Positions 48,390 to 59,407 of a stretch of 64,000 nucleotides of DNA are shown here, one piece after another. The notes beneath the pieces were generated by a model. The model had not been told where the DNA came from. It worked only from the letters and a program-made list of their open reading frames with translations, and did not search any database. Source of the DNA: Fimicolochytrium jonesii (taxonomy: Eukaryota); the NCBI RefSeq assembly GCF_025526975.1, contig NW_026515680.1, positions 186,001 through 250,000 on the forward strand. Reading direction: 5' to 3'. Every line of letters begins with the position of its first letter. Position 1 is the stretch's first letter. The position numbers were made by a program, and so were the translations under genes.

Positions 48390-50174
48390 ATGGCCCCCGC
48401 AAGACCGCGACCGAGGGATCTAGAATCCGGCCGAGCGAGCGAGCGGACTCCGCTGCTTCACGCGTTGGGACCTGCTGCCATAGAAGTTCCGGTGGTCAAC
48501 GATGTGAATACGGCAGCGGCGGACGCTCAGTTGGTGCAGAGATCTCCACGTTTGCTGTATTTGGATCATGTTCGGGGGTTGTTGATGGTTTTGCAGAGTA
48601 TTGATCGTGAGTTTCGTTCATCTGGTCACTTTTTGAAAGTTGTGGGATTTCCCAGTCGCAGAACGACGAAAATTGACAGTCATGGATATGGTGTTGTTCC
48701 GGAATAGACTCGCGATACTTCCTGTCGCGGATCTCGCTGCCGCATGAAGAATGGTGGAACATGCCTGATTATCAAGGGAGCTATTACCACCTGCTTGTTC
48801 GCGGATTGTCCGCGATTTGTGCTCCTGGTGCGTTTGCGGTGAACATCTGGTGTCCGTTTCTGAATATGGGCTGATTTGTTTACAATTGACACTCTCAGGA
48901 TTCATGCTGACGATGGGTAAGCTACGACCAAACTGGGAGTTGACTGAGTGTGGGTATCGGGAGCCTGATACCTTCCCGTTGATTAGGCATGAGCATCGTT
49001 CTCTTCAGCAACAGCAGGATGCGGCTGAACTGGCCCTGGTCCAAAATCTTGAACCATTTCTTCCTTCGCGGGGCCGTCCTGGTGGTGGTGAACTGGGCAA
49101 TGCGTAAGTCCACCCTCCCATCCCCCATCGTGCCAAAACTAATCCGAACACTCCACCCCTGCAACCCCAGAACCAGCCTTCGCCTCCCTCGTCACAACCG
49201 TCCTCTTCGCCCTCGGCATCAATATCTTCCTCGGCGCCCTCATCCTCGCCCTTGAACACACCTCCACCACGTACCTCACCACCCTCCTCCTCAAACGCTC
49301 CCTTCCATCCGACACCGCCTCCACCCGCGCTACAACGGCTAGCATCACACTCTACGCCCTTGCCGCAACCCTCATCACCTGCCTCGCCAGCTGGTACACC
49401 CCTGCCAAATCCCACGCCGATGATAGCTTCAACCCTTTCTTCCGATTGTTTTTCCTACCGTCGAAAGCGGCGGACGGGCTGTATAGCATGTACCCACCGG
49501 TCCCCTGGCTTGGGATGGTCCTCTGGGGCATCGGGCTCCAACGGCTCATCTCAACCTACAACTTCTCCGCCCGAACAACCGGGCTCGTGCACGCCGTCCT
49601 CGGGACGTTGATGTGGGTAATCTTCATCCCCTTGCGGTTGAACGAAGGGTTTGGCAACATCAACCCTGGGGAGTTGCACCCGTCACCCAGGGAGAGTGTG
49701 ATCAGTTTTTTCAACTTGACAAAGTATCCGCCGAGTGTGGTGTATACGTGCTGTACGATGGGGATTGTGCATTGGGTGTGTGCGGGGTTTGTGAGCGCCG
49801 AAGGGAGGTGGGGGACAGGGTGGTGGGGGGGTGAGGGGAATGTGTTGGTTGTGTTTGGGAGGTCGGCGTTTTTCTTTTGTGAGTGTCGACATCGGTTACG
49901 CCTTTGCCCGGACATTGACGCACTGACTCACTCGTTCCGTTATATCCCCATAGACATCCTCCACTTCTACGTCTACCGCACTTTCCAATGGCTCCTTATC
50001 CTCTTCCACTTCATCACCCCCGGCACAGGCTGGGGCGACCAGGCAGGCAACCTGCCCGACCCATGGTATTGGCTCTCGTGGATGGCAGGTCTGGTCGTGC
50101 TGTACTTTGCCTGTGAGCGGTATGGACGGTTCAAGGCTGGGACGCCTGCGGACTCGCTTTGGAGGTTCTTTTGA
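48390..50174 (+). CDS. DUF1624/HGSNAT-like multi-pass membrane acyltransferase-family protein (multi-exon)
   Basis: RLLYLDHVRGLLMVLQSID, HLCAPG|FMLTMG, YPPVPWLGMVLWG, FFNLTKYPPS, FGRSAFFF|ILHFY, C-terminal YGRFK...DSLWRFF. Confidence 0.75.
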
Positions 50175-50344
50175 GAGACTTTGGTCATGTAATTGAACTT
50201 CTGTTTTTTGAGGGACGCTTTTCTTTGGCGTACGGAAGACGTTCCACTACGCTAGTTTCAGTTTCACTGTATCTAGAATACACCGTTTTTGTGCTGCCAC
50301 TGCCACACGCCCAAAAGACCCAAAACCACCCTCCAACCCCCCTC

Positions 50345-52210
50345 TCAAACCCTCGTAACAACCCTCCTCCTCCCCTCCCCATCAACCATCACCACATCCT
50401 CAATCCTCACTCCACCCACCCCCCGAAAGCCCTCCACAACCTCCCATTCCACAAACCGTCCCAGCCCGGCCTCCCCTTGCGCCTTCAACACCTCCCACAG
50501 GGCTGGTATGAAATAGATCCCAGGCTCGATGGTCATGACGTGCCCGCGCGGGATGAGGTAGTTGGCTTGTGGAGATTTGAGGGTGACGAAGGCGGGTGGG
50601 GCTGTGAGGGTGGAAGCCCTGGAGTTGAGGTATTTGGAGGGGGTGGGGTCGTGCACGTCGAGGCCGACGGGGTGGCCGAGGCCGTGGGGCATGAAGACGC
50701 TGCGGGGGGAATGGGGGTGAGAATTGGTGATCGGAGAGGGAATTGCGAGTGTGAAGGGGGCGGACGTACTATAGTGCACCGGCTTCTAGGAGTTCATCCA
50801 CAGAGAATTCCGGTTTGAAGAATCCGTGCTTGCTCAGGCCGGTGAGGAGCGACCTAGAGCGGACGATAGTTTATGAGCACAGGGCCTTCCGCCCGTCAAC
50901 CCCATACCGCCCCATCGCGCATCTGGCGAACCAACCTGAACGCCACCCGATTGACCTCCTCCAACTCGACGCCCTCCCCATAAGTCTCCCACGCCTCGTT
51001 CTGCGCATTCTCTACAATCCCGTACACAACCTTCATCTCCTTACTCCACCGTCCATGTCTCGCATACGTCCTGGTAAGATCGCTCGCATAGCCGCGGTAC
51101 TCGCCCGCCGCGTCGATAAGCACGAAGGTGGGTTTCGGGTGGGATGTTATGGGGTTGTAGCCGGCTGTTTCGTTTTCGCCAGTGCGGTAGTGTAGGACGG
51201 AAGCGTGGGTGCCGGCGCCGACTATGGGGGGATAGGCTTGGAGACGGGAGGAGCAGGTTGCGGAGAGGTGGGTGAAGAGGGAGGCGAGGGTGATTTCTGG
51301 GGTGTATGAGGAGATTTTCGTATGAGGGATTCAAAGGTCTCGCGATAGGTTTGGAAGGGAGGCCGATACGAGCGAGAAAACATCACATACCATTCACATG
51401 CCTTCCGTGCCGAATCTCCTTCTCCACCTCCCGATGCACCCACGCCGCCACGCGACCAGCATACGCAATATGTTCCAACTCCGCTTCGTTCTTCACAAAC
51501 CTCGCCTCCTCGAAGGCCTCCCGCAGCTCCTCACTCTCCACCATGTCAACCTTCTCGGCCTCTTTGCCCAACGTCGCGGTCAACTCGTCCCGCCACAGCG
51601 TCAACACCGTCCGGTTTCCCAAGAAGGTGGGCACGTCTGCGATCCTACCCACGCGCTGCACGTTGAATTCTCGCGCGAGCACCGCTGGGTCGGCAAACCC
51701 GCCTTCGAAGATCATCTGGCGCTCTGTTTGTTCGGGGAGAAACATGGAAACGTTCAGTTCGGTATCGTCCTTACGGTCGACGATGACGACGGCGTCGGAG
51801 ATCCCGAACCGCCCCAGGATATACATGACATTCGACGACGTCCTCCAGCCTGAGTTTTCCATGTCGCTGTCATCGCGGTGCGTGCGCGCGCTGGTGGGGA
51901 GGGCAAATGTCAAAGGCTTTCCGCCGAATTTTTCGCTCAAGAGTGCGTTCAGGCGCTTGCGGTTTGCGGGGAGGGGATTGGATGTGGGTGGGGAGAGGGG
52001 ACATGGTCGGAGACGGGGAGAATGCTGTGCCGACGGGTTGGCATGGTTATTGAGTGTCAAGTGGGAGAGGCAGATGACGGATAGGAGGATGCAGGCGGCG
52101 AGGAGCCAACGCTGGACTCTGGGCCAGGAGCGGGTGTTTTGGCGGGCGTCCGAGGCGGCGGGTGGAAGACCGTTGAGCCGAGTTTTCTTCTCCTCAATGA
52201 ACGAGTCCAT
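50345..52210 (-). CDS. Xaa-Pro amino/dipeptidase (M24B) with N-terminal membrane anchor
   Basis: RFVKNEAEL, LIDAAGEYRGYASDLTRT, FMPHGLGHPVGLDVHD, MTIEPGIYF, GGVRIEDVV metal ligands. Hydrophobic segment WLLAACILLSVICLSHL near the N-terminus. Confidence 0.9.
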
Positions 52211-53298
52211 GTTGCCTGTGTTGTAAACTCTATTCTCTCATCAACCGCTCGCTCGCAAGTCGAGGTTGCCCTGTTGCCCAGCCTGTTGCCCATATACGGG
52301 AGGAGATGCTACGCCGACGCGCAAATTCCATAACACACAGGGCTTCACAACCCCGGCATTGCGACACCAACCCTGTCACATTTCCACAGCACATACAGTA
52401 CATACAGGCACCTAGATACGAAGACACGAGGTGGCGGCGGCGCTGCCAATATCTCGGCCTCTCGATTGCCTGAGAGACTTAGCGCTGCTTGCGGTTCGGG
52501 CACGAGGACCCTGAGGAATAACGAGCCTTCCCATTCCCGCTGTCACCCACCCTCCTACGTCGTCCTTCCTTTGCGCCCTGATTACCTCACTAACTCTTCC
52601 CGCGTGCGTCCGCTCCCATCGTTCATCGGCGACATCCCGCATTCCCGATGCGTGTTCGTCGCCCTCATCGCGCGCAAAATCGGCCACTCTCGCAGCAGTA
52701 TCGAGGTCAAAAATAGCGAACATTAAAAGAAGGTCTGGAAGGGGTTGTGGCGAGCATCGCTTGTCAAGTTTGGATTCTGCGGTCTCATCTTTACAATGGC
52801 TAGAAAATGGGGGATCACAACGAAAACCCTCTTGTTTGGGGGTGAAGATAACCCAGGATCTGCAAAACCTCTACCGTATTTCTAGTCTACAGTCCATCAA
52901 TAGTGTAAGAATGTCTCTGTTCGGATGGTTGTTGTGACGGTTTTTCGACACCGCATTTCGACACCCAGGGCTTCACCGAGTTGCCAAAAATAACCCATAG
53001 GGTGGTGCCTTTTCTTTATTTTGGGCAGCTCAACGTGCAACCCGCCAAAATGAAATCGGGGATAAACCTGTCAAGCATTATACTGGTCTGAAAAGCCTTT
53101 GTACCGCTGGTAACCCTTCTCCTGGAGGGCTCGCTATTTCGGGCTGCATCGAACATCCTAACTGTACTTCCTCTCACTTTCGGAAACTTTGCAGCACGGA
53201 GGATCTGAAATGTATAAAAGGAATGGGAGATGTGGCACATCCTCGATACCTGCATTCACTGAAATACCCTCTCATACTTTGAGCATACACCATCGAAA

Positions 53299-55020
53299 AT
53301 GTGGGCTGCATCTGCTTTGATAACCCTCGTTGGGTGCGCCAGCATTGTCAGTGCTGTTCCTGTAAGTTTTACATCACATCACTTTACTTCAAACGAGTCC
53401 GTTCTGACCCATATTGTTCTTTAGCAAGCCGCAGGTCTATCCGCCGCAACAACCGGCACCTGGTCAAAGGTGTACAATCTTCCCCTCAGCCCGCTCTCCG
53501 CCGCCGCCTCACCTACGGGCGAGATCCTTCTGTTCTCCGGCAACAGTCCCGGAGGCTGGCTCTACACCAACGACGGCGGAAACAGAACATATTACACAGT
53601 CATCACCATGGCCCAGCTGTTAAATGAACAGCCAATCACGCTGCAGACAGCCGAGACAACCGAGATGTTCTGTCCGGGAACCACCAACCTCCCTGACGGA
53701 TCCATCATGGTCAACGGCGGAAGCGGGCCCATCTCGACCGTCATGTACAACCCTGCAACAAAAAAATTCAACGCGGCTGGTCAGATGAACGTGCCGAGGG
53801 GTTACCAAGCGAACATCCTGACGACATCGAATAAAGTGTTTACGATCGGCGGGTCTTTTGTGCGGAAGTACGGTAAATACGGTACCGGTGGACGGGATGG
53901 CGAGCTGTTCACTCCCGGTGTGAACGGTGGGCTTGGGTCGTGGGCTATTTCAAACCCCAAGGCTGGTAATATCATCGGCGGAGTTGAGAATGGGCAGCCT
54001 AGTCCTGACCCGGAAGGGTTGTACCGCAGCGACAACCACGCGATGTTAGTTGCGTACCAAAACTCGGCGGGAGAAGCGATGGTCCTCCACCTCGGCCCCG
54101 TCCCAACGATGCACGCCATCAACACCGTCACGGGAACAATCACGTCGCTCGGGGCCCGCGGCACGGATGTGTACTCCATGAACGGCAATATTGTGCATTG
54201 GAGCCCGGGACGGGTGTACAAGACCGGTGGTGCAACTGCGTACGGAAACTCGAACAGCAGTGTGGGTCTGACTGCCGCCAAGGCTGCGTTCACCATCAAG
54301 TTTGCCGACCTTCCGACTGGTGGGGCCATCACCGTGAAGAGGACGACCGATATGAACTACCCGAGGACGTTCTCGCACTCGATTGTTCTGCCCGGAGGCA
54401 AGATCTTCATTGTCGGCGGACAGACTAATATTCACATCTTCGAGGATACGACGGGCGTTTTGATTCCAGAGCTTTACGACCCGGCATCGGGGACGTACAC
54501 CTTGCTTCCCGCCATGGCGAAAGCCCGCAACTACCACTCCTTTGCGCTGCTGACAAAGGACGGGACCGTGCTCGTCGGCGGTGGCGGCACACGTCAGAAC
54601 AAGTGCACCACCCCGGGAGTTTCCCCGTGCACGAAAGATGTGCATTTCGATGTAGAAGTGTATACACCGCCATACATTTCGCAAGGCCAAACCCGGCCAA
54701 TTATCACGAAAGTCAGCACAGGAACCTCAGCTCCCTACAACTCCGTTCTCCTCAAAATCGGCCAACCCATCACCGTGCAAGCGACTAACTGCGGCAGCAG
54801 ATGCTCGTACGAGCTCCTTCGTCTCGGGAGTGCTACGCACAGCGTTACGAACGACCAGCTGCGTGTGCCATTGACGACCAGCGCGAGGAACGCTGCTGGC
54901 GATACGGCGGCGATGTATACTGCGGATTTGCCCTTTGTCACGAGCGGGTACTATTATTTGTTCGCTATTAGCTCCGCAGGCGTTCCTAGCGTTGCTTCTA
55001 TTGTGCAGGTTGCGCGTTGA
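53299..55020 (+). CDS. Secreted copper radical oxidase, CAZy AA5_2 (galactose/alcohol oxidase family); exons 53299-53361 and 53425-55020
   Basis: Signal peptide MWAASALITLVGCASIVSA. EMFCPG (Cys of the Tyr-Cys cofactor), RGYQ, YRSDNH, RNYHS and SATHS copper ligands, kelch repeats and C-terminal Ig-like domain (GYYYLF...GVPS). Confidence 0.92.
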
Positions 55021-55244
55021 GCGGGTGATCTAGATCGTACTCTTCTCTTGATTGTTGGCTGGCGTTTTTCCTCCTCTTCGTTCTGCCGCATACCACCCTC
55101 TCCTCGGACGGTTTTGGCGTATGTAGAATAATCGATATAGATGGAAATCCTGGTCGAAAAATAATAATCTGCATATTCATTTTCTTGACCGCCATAAGCC
55201 TTTGATTGTCGAGATGTTTCACTATCGTCCAGGTGCAGTATCGT

Positions 55245-55288
55245 CCATTGCCGTTGCCATTGCCATTGCCATTGCCATTGCCATTGCC
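55245..55288. repeat. (CCATTG)n hexanucleotide repeat
   Basis: About 7 units with one CCGTTG variant. Confidence 0.9.
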
Positions 55289-56089
55289 GGTCCCTCCACC
55301 GCCCCCTTCTCCCGAAGCGGCGCCGGCTCCGTCACCATTGTTGTTGCGCCTCCGAGTGACAGGACGACGACCGGTGCTGGAGCTGGATGCACCTAGCCTT
55401 CGACGCCCAGTGGACGCCTGGCTTTCGGGGCTGCCCATGGCTGCCCGAGAACGGAGGGTTAGTGTCTTTTCCAACTCCGGCGGCGTGCAACTCAGTATCA
55501 TTTTCGCTGCCTCCGTGGCACTCCAAGTTGAGCCACGAGTTTGGCCAACGTGCCGTCAGGATCGTCGGACGGTTTGGTGACGGGTTCGCCACCGAACTCT
55601 TCACGACGTAAATACTCAAAGTAATCCTTTCGAGAAGAGAACCCCCAATACCACAACTGTGCAAGATCCGGAAGGGGCGCCGTGGGGTTGGTAAAGAGTT
55701 GCTGTGTGACTTGCGTGAACGTACACGCCGGTTTGATGTGTTGTTCCGACGCAACTGTCGGTTGAGTGGTTTGCGCCGAAGGTGAGGTCAACTGTTTGTA
55801 CATTCTTTCTTTCTTTCTTTCTCTATGAGCGCCCGTCCTGTAAACACAAAGTTAGAAAACAAACGAAGGCACGGAAATAACCGCAAGTCGACTCACCCAG
55901 GTAGGGCTTGTGTAGACGAATATTTTGAGAAAAACACTGCAGCGGGCTCACCGCACGGGCTGTCGGTGGTTTTCGATGATGAAAGAAGAGGTACACAAGT
56001 GGTGAGATGGTGGGTGCGGAAATTGACATGGGGACGTTCATGAAGGCAGAGCGCGACGGTCGTTTTAGGTAACTCAGTATAGCAGCACA

Positions 56090-56340
56090 ATGGAGGAAGC
56101 ACTGGTGACATTCGGCAAACACAAAGGGAAGCCGGTTTCCGAGCTCGTCACGGACACCAAATACCTCGGCTGGCTCACGCAACAGTCCTGGTTTGCGCGA
56201 AATCCGTTGTATAACGTTATAGTCAAGCACCAATATGGCGAGAAGGACGAGCCGACGCCAGAGCACAACAAGCTGCAAAATCGATTTTTAGACAGAGGTT
56301 TTCTTCGTCGTTTCGTTTCAAGAGCATATCCCATTTACTC
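56090..56340 (+). pseudogene. Intronless fragment with TFGKHKG (DUF3820/ExoX-C-like) and TPEHNKLQ motifs; possibly of viral or bacterial origin
   Basis: MEEALVTFGKHKGKPVSELVTDTKYLGWLTQQSWF...TPEHNKLQNRFLD. The ORF continues to 56665 but loses protein-like character after about residue 85. Confidence 0.5.
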
Positions 56341-56763
56341 GCCTGATTCTTTGAGCGCTGATGTGTCCTGTTCGGGATGTTTACGGTATAAACGAGCGGT
56401 CCTTCACCGGCCGTTTCATGCAGCGTTTCAACAATGCAAGCAAACACAGTGGCACCGGGCTGCCAGAAGCCAGCGGAGCACAAGCGGTGCATCTCCTTTT
56501 GGAGCAGTCATGGTACTGCAGAGCATTTGGTCAGGAGGAGAAGCAAAACGCTGCAGCATCACCGACTGGCTTGCCGGTGCTCCCCGGAGGCAGCCGCGGC
56601 TAGCCATGATATTCCAATTCGTATGTACAGGAGCCGGTCACATCGCAGCAGCATCCCGTCCATGATTCCCCTATTTACAGCTATATACCTCTTCCTGATG
56701 ACCGAATGATTCACCGCCATGTGTTTTCAAATTCGAGACAATCGTGGCAGGACATCTAAGCGT

Positions 56764-57254
56764 TCAATCGGCAACTTTCTCCTCAAATGACACTCTCCTC
56801 CTCGTCCTCCTCACACTCGAAGAAGGTTCACTCTCGGCAGCATCATCTAGACCATCAATCATCTCCATCGCAATCGCCTCCTGACTTCCCTCCCTATCAA
56901 CAGTCTCCGCCGCCTTTCTCGTCCCTATCGCAGCTCTGGCGTACCCTTTCCCACTTCTCGCGCCCTTTCGCGGTTGTTTTAACGTTTTCGGCACAAAACC
57001 AGCAAAAGCGGCCAGGTCACGGAAGAGTGGAACTTGATGGAGGATGAGTTTCCATGCTACAAACCATGCTGCGATCCGGATGGCGCGACGAAAGAGAGGC
57101 AAGTTGTGAGAGGAGACGTTGAAGCAGAGGGGACGCGTAATGACCTGCTTTTACCTAGCGCGATGCACACACATAGAAGAAGGACAGACGCTAGATAGAC
57201 TGCAAGAGACTGCGCTGTTTTCCCTAGAGTGCCGAGGAGGGGGGAAGTTGTCAT
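56764..57254 (-). CDS. Small integral membrane protein, SMIM13/DUF4750-like (2 exons)
   Basis: Splicing gives LAVYLASVLLLCVCIAL|AWFVAWKLILHQVPLFRDL followed by a charged tail, matching the W..W.L.L....F.REL pattern recalled for SMIM13. Confidence 0.6.
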
Positions 57255-57771
57255 TGGAGCGATTGGGCTTGCTCGCGACCGTGGGGTTTTATGTGCGGTA
57301 TATGTATCCCTTCGAGATATGGACGGTTTTAGTGCGGGAAGAACTGGCCACTGTGAAAGTATCGTGGCGGCGAACGAACGCAGACAAAGTGGAACCAGCT
57401 GGTCGACCGGGTAAAGAGGCTTGCGAGGCGTAGGCTGGGCGTAGGTCTGGGCGTAGGTGATGACCCGCTGCCGAACAGCGTCCAACTTCTAACTGACTTC
57501 TAACCGGCCACGCGTCTTCTGCCTTCCAGTTCTTGCAATCGCTGTATCCGCCTTGGTAGCATTGCTCACAACTACACACAACATAGCATCACTGGGAGAG
57601 GAGGTAAGCCGGAAAGCTCGGAAGAGACTGCTTCTTCCAAAAGGGTAGCTGGGTGTCTCTCTCTTTCCGTTCAAAGCGCCGGATTCCGCTTGTAGTCTTC
57701 CGTTCCAGGGGTTTGCTGGTTCAATTTACATCGCGTGGTCATCTAGTAGACATCAAAAACAGCTCCGAACA

Positions 57772-59407
57772 ATGGCAACCACAAGTGCAGACGACCGCCG
57801 CACTAAAGTCCTGGCGGACTATCGGAAAGAGCTACTACAGCACCGTGAATTGGAAGGCAAAGTCAAAGAATGTGCGTTTTGGAATGTTTGCATGCAAAAA
57901 CTGCGTCGCAACAGCAAACTCTAACGATCTATACAGTGCGGCTTGGCTTGCGGCAGTTAGAGAAGGACTACGACAAGACCGAGGATGACATCAAGGCATT
58001 ACAGAGTGTTGGTCAAATCATCGGCGAAGTGCTGAAACAGCTGGACGATGAGCGGTGTACGTTCCTAGAAGACATTACTTTATTAAGCCCTCGTCGCTTT
58101 AGCGTCTGACTGATACGCGGCACCCTTTCAGTCATAGTGAAAGCTTCCAGTGGACCACGCTATGTCGTCGGTTGCCGAGAACGTGTGCCGAAGGACAAAC
58201 TGAAGCAAGGGACCCGTGTCTCACTTGACATGACGACTTTAACTATCATGAGGATTCTTCCCCGCGAAGTCGATCCTCTCGTGTATAACATGTCGACCGA
58301 GGACCCTGGAAACATCTCTTTTGCTGGTATTGGAGGATTAAATGACCAAATCAGGGAGCTGCGTGAGGTACGGCTGCCATAGCGCCCGATGTGCGGGTCA
58401 AATGCTGAAGGCTCACTATCGACTGTTTGCGATAGGTGATCGAGCTTCCATTGCTTAACCCTGAGCTGTTCATCCGTGTTGGAATCAAACCGCCGAAAGG
58501 TGTCCTGCTGTACGGGCCTCCTGGAACTGGGAAAACACTTTTGGCGCGTGCGGTAGCGAGTACGCTTGAGTGTAATTTCTTGAAGGTGGTGTCCAGTGCC
58601 ATTGTAGACAAGTACATTGGGGAGAGTGCTAGATTGATCAGGGAGATGTTCGGTATGTGTACTGATACCGCTCTCACGCGGGGTACCCCTGTTGGAAAGC
58701 AAAGTGAAGATGTAATCAAATGACCATTATTTTTAGGCTACGCCAAAGAGCACGAACCATGTATCATATTTATGGACGAAATCGACGCCATCGGTGGACG
58801 TCGTTTCTCCGAAGGAACTTCCGCCGATCGCGAAATCCAGCGCACGCTCATGGAGCTTCTCAACCAAATGGATGGATTCGACTACCTTGGGCAAACGAAG
58901 CTCATCATGGCCACGAACCGACCTGATACCCTTGATCCCGCCCTTTTGCGTCCTGGGCGACTTGACCGGAAGATCGAGATTCCTTTACCGAATGAAGTCG
59001 GGAGAATGGAGATTCTGAAGATTCACGCGAGCGGGATCACCAAACATGGTGAAATAGGTACGATTGAGCGACTGCATCAACCTTAGTTGTTCACTCTGAG
59101 GTGTGCCATTCCTCACAACCCCTGTTTTACCCAGACTACGAAGCCGTTGTAAAGCTCGCAGACGGATTCAACGGCGCCGATCTGCGCAACGTGTGCACAG
59201 AAGCAGGAATGTTTGCCATTCGCGACGAGCGCGACTACGTTGTGCAGGATGACTTCATGAAGGCCGTTCGCAAGGTTTCAGAGTCGAAGAAGCTTGAGAC
59301 GAAGCTGGATTGTAAGTGGATTGTCTTGCGTTGTTGGTCGGCTGGGCGTCCGTGCTGTTTCGATACTGATGCTTCTCTACGTATCATATCTAGACGAGAA
59401 GGTGTAA
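57772..59407 (+). CDS. RPT4: 26S proteasome AAA-ATPase Rpt4 (PSMC6/Sug2), multi-exon
   Basis: [90 protein letters not shown]. Confidence 0.97.
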
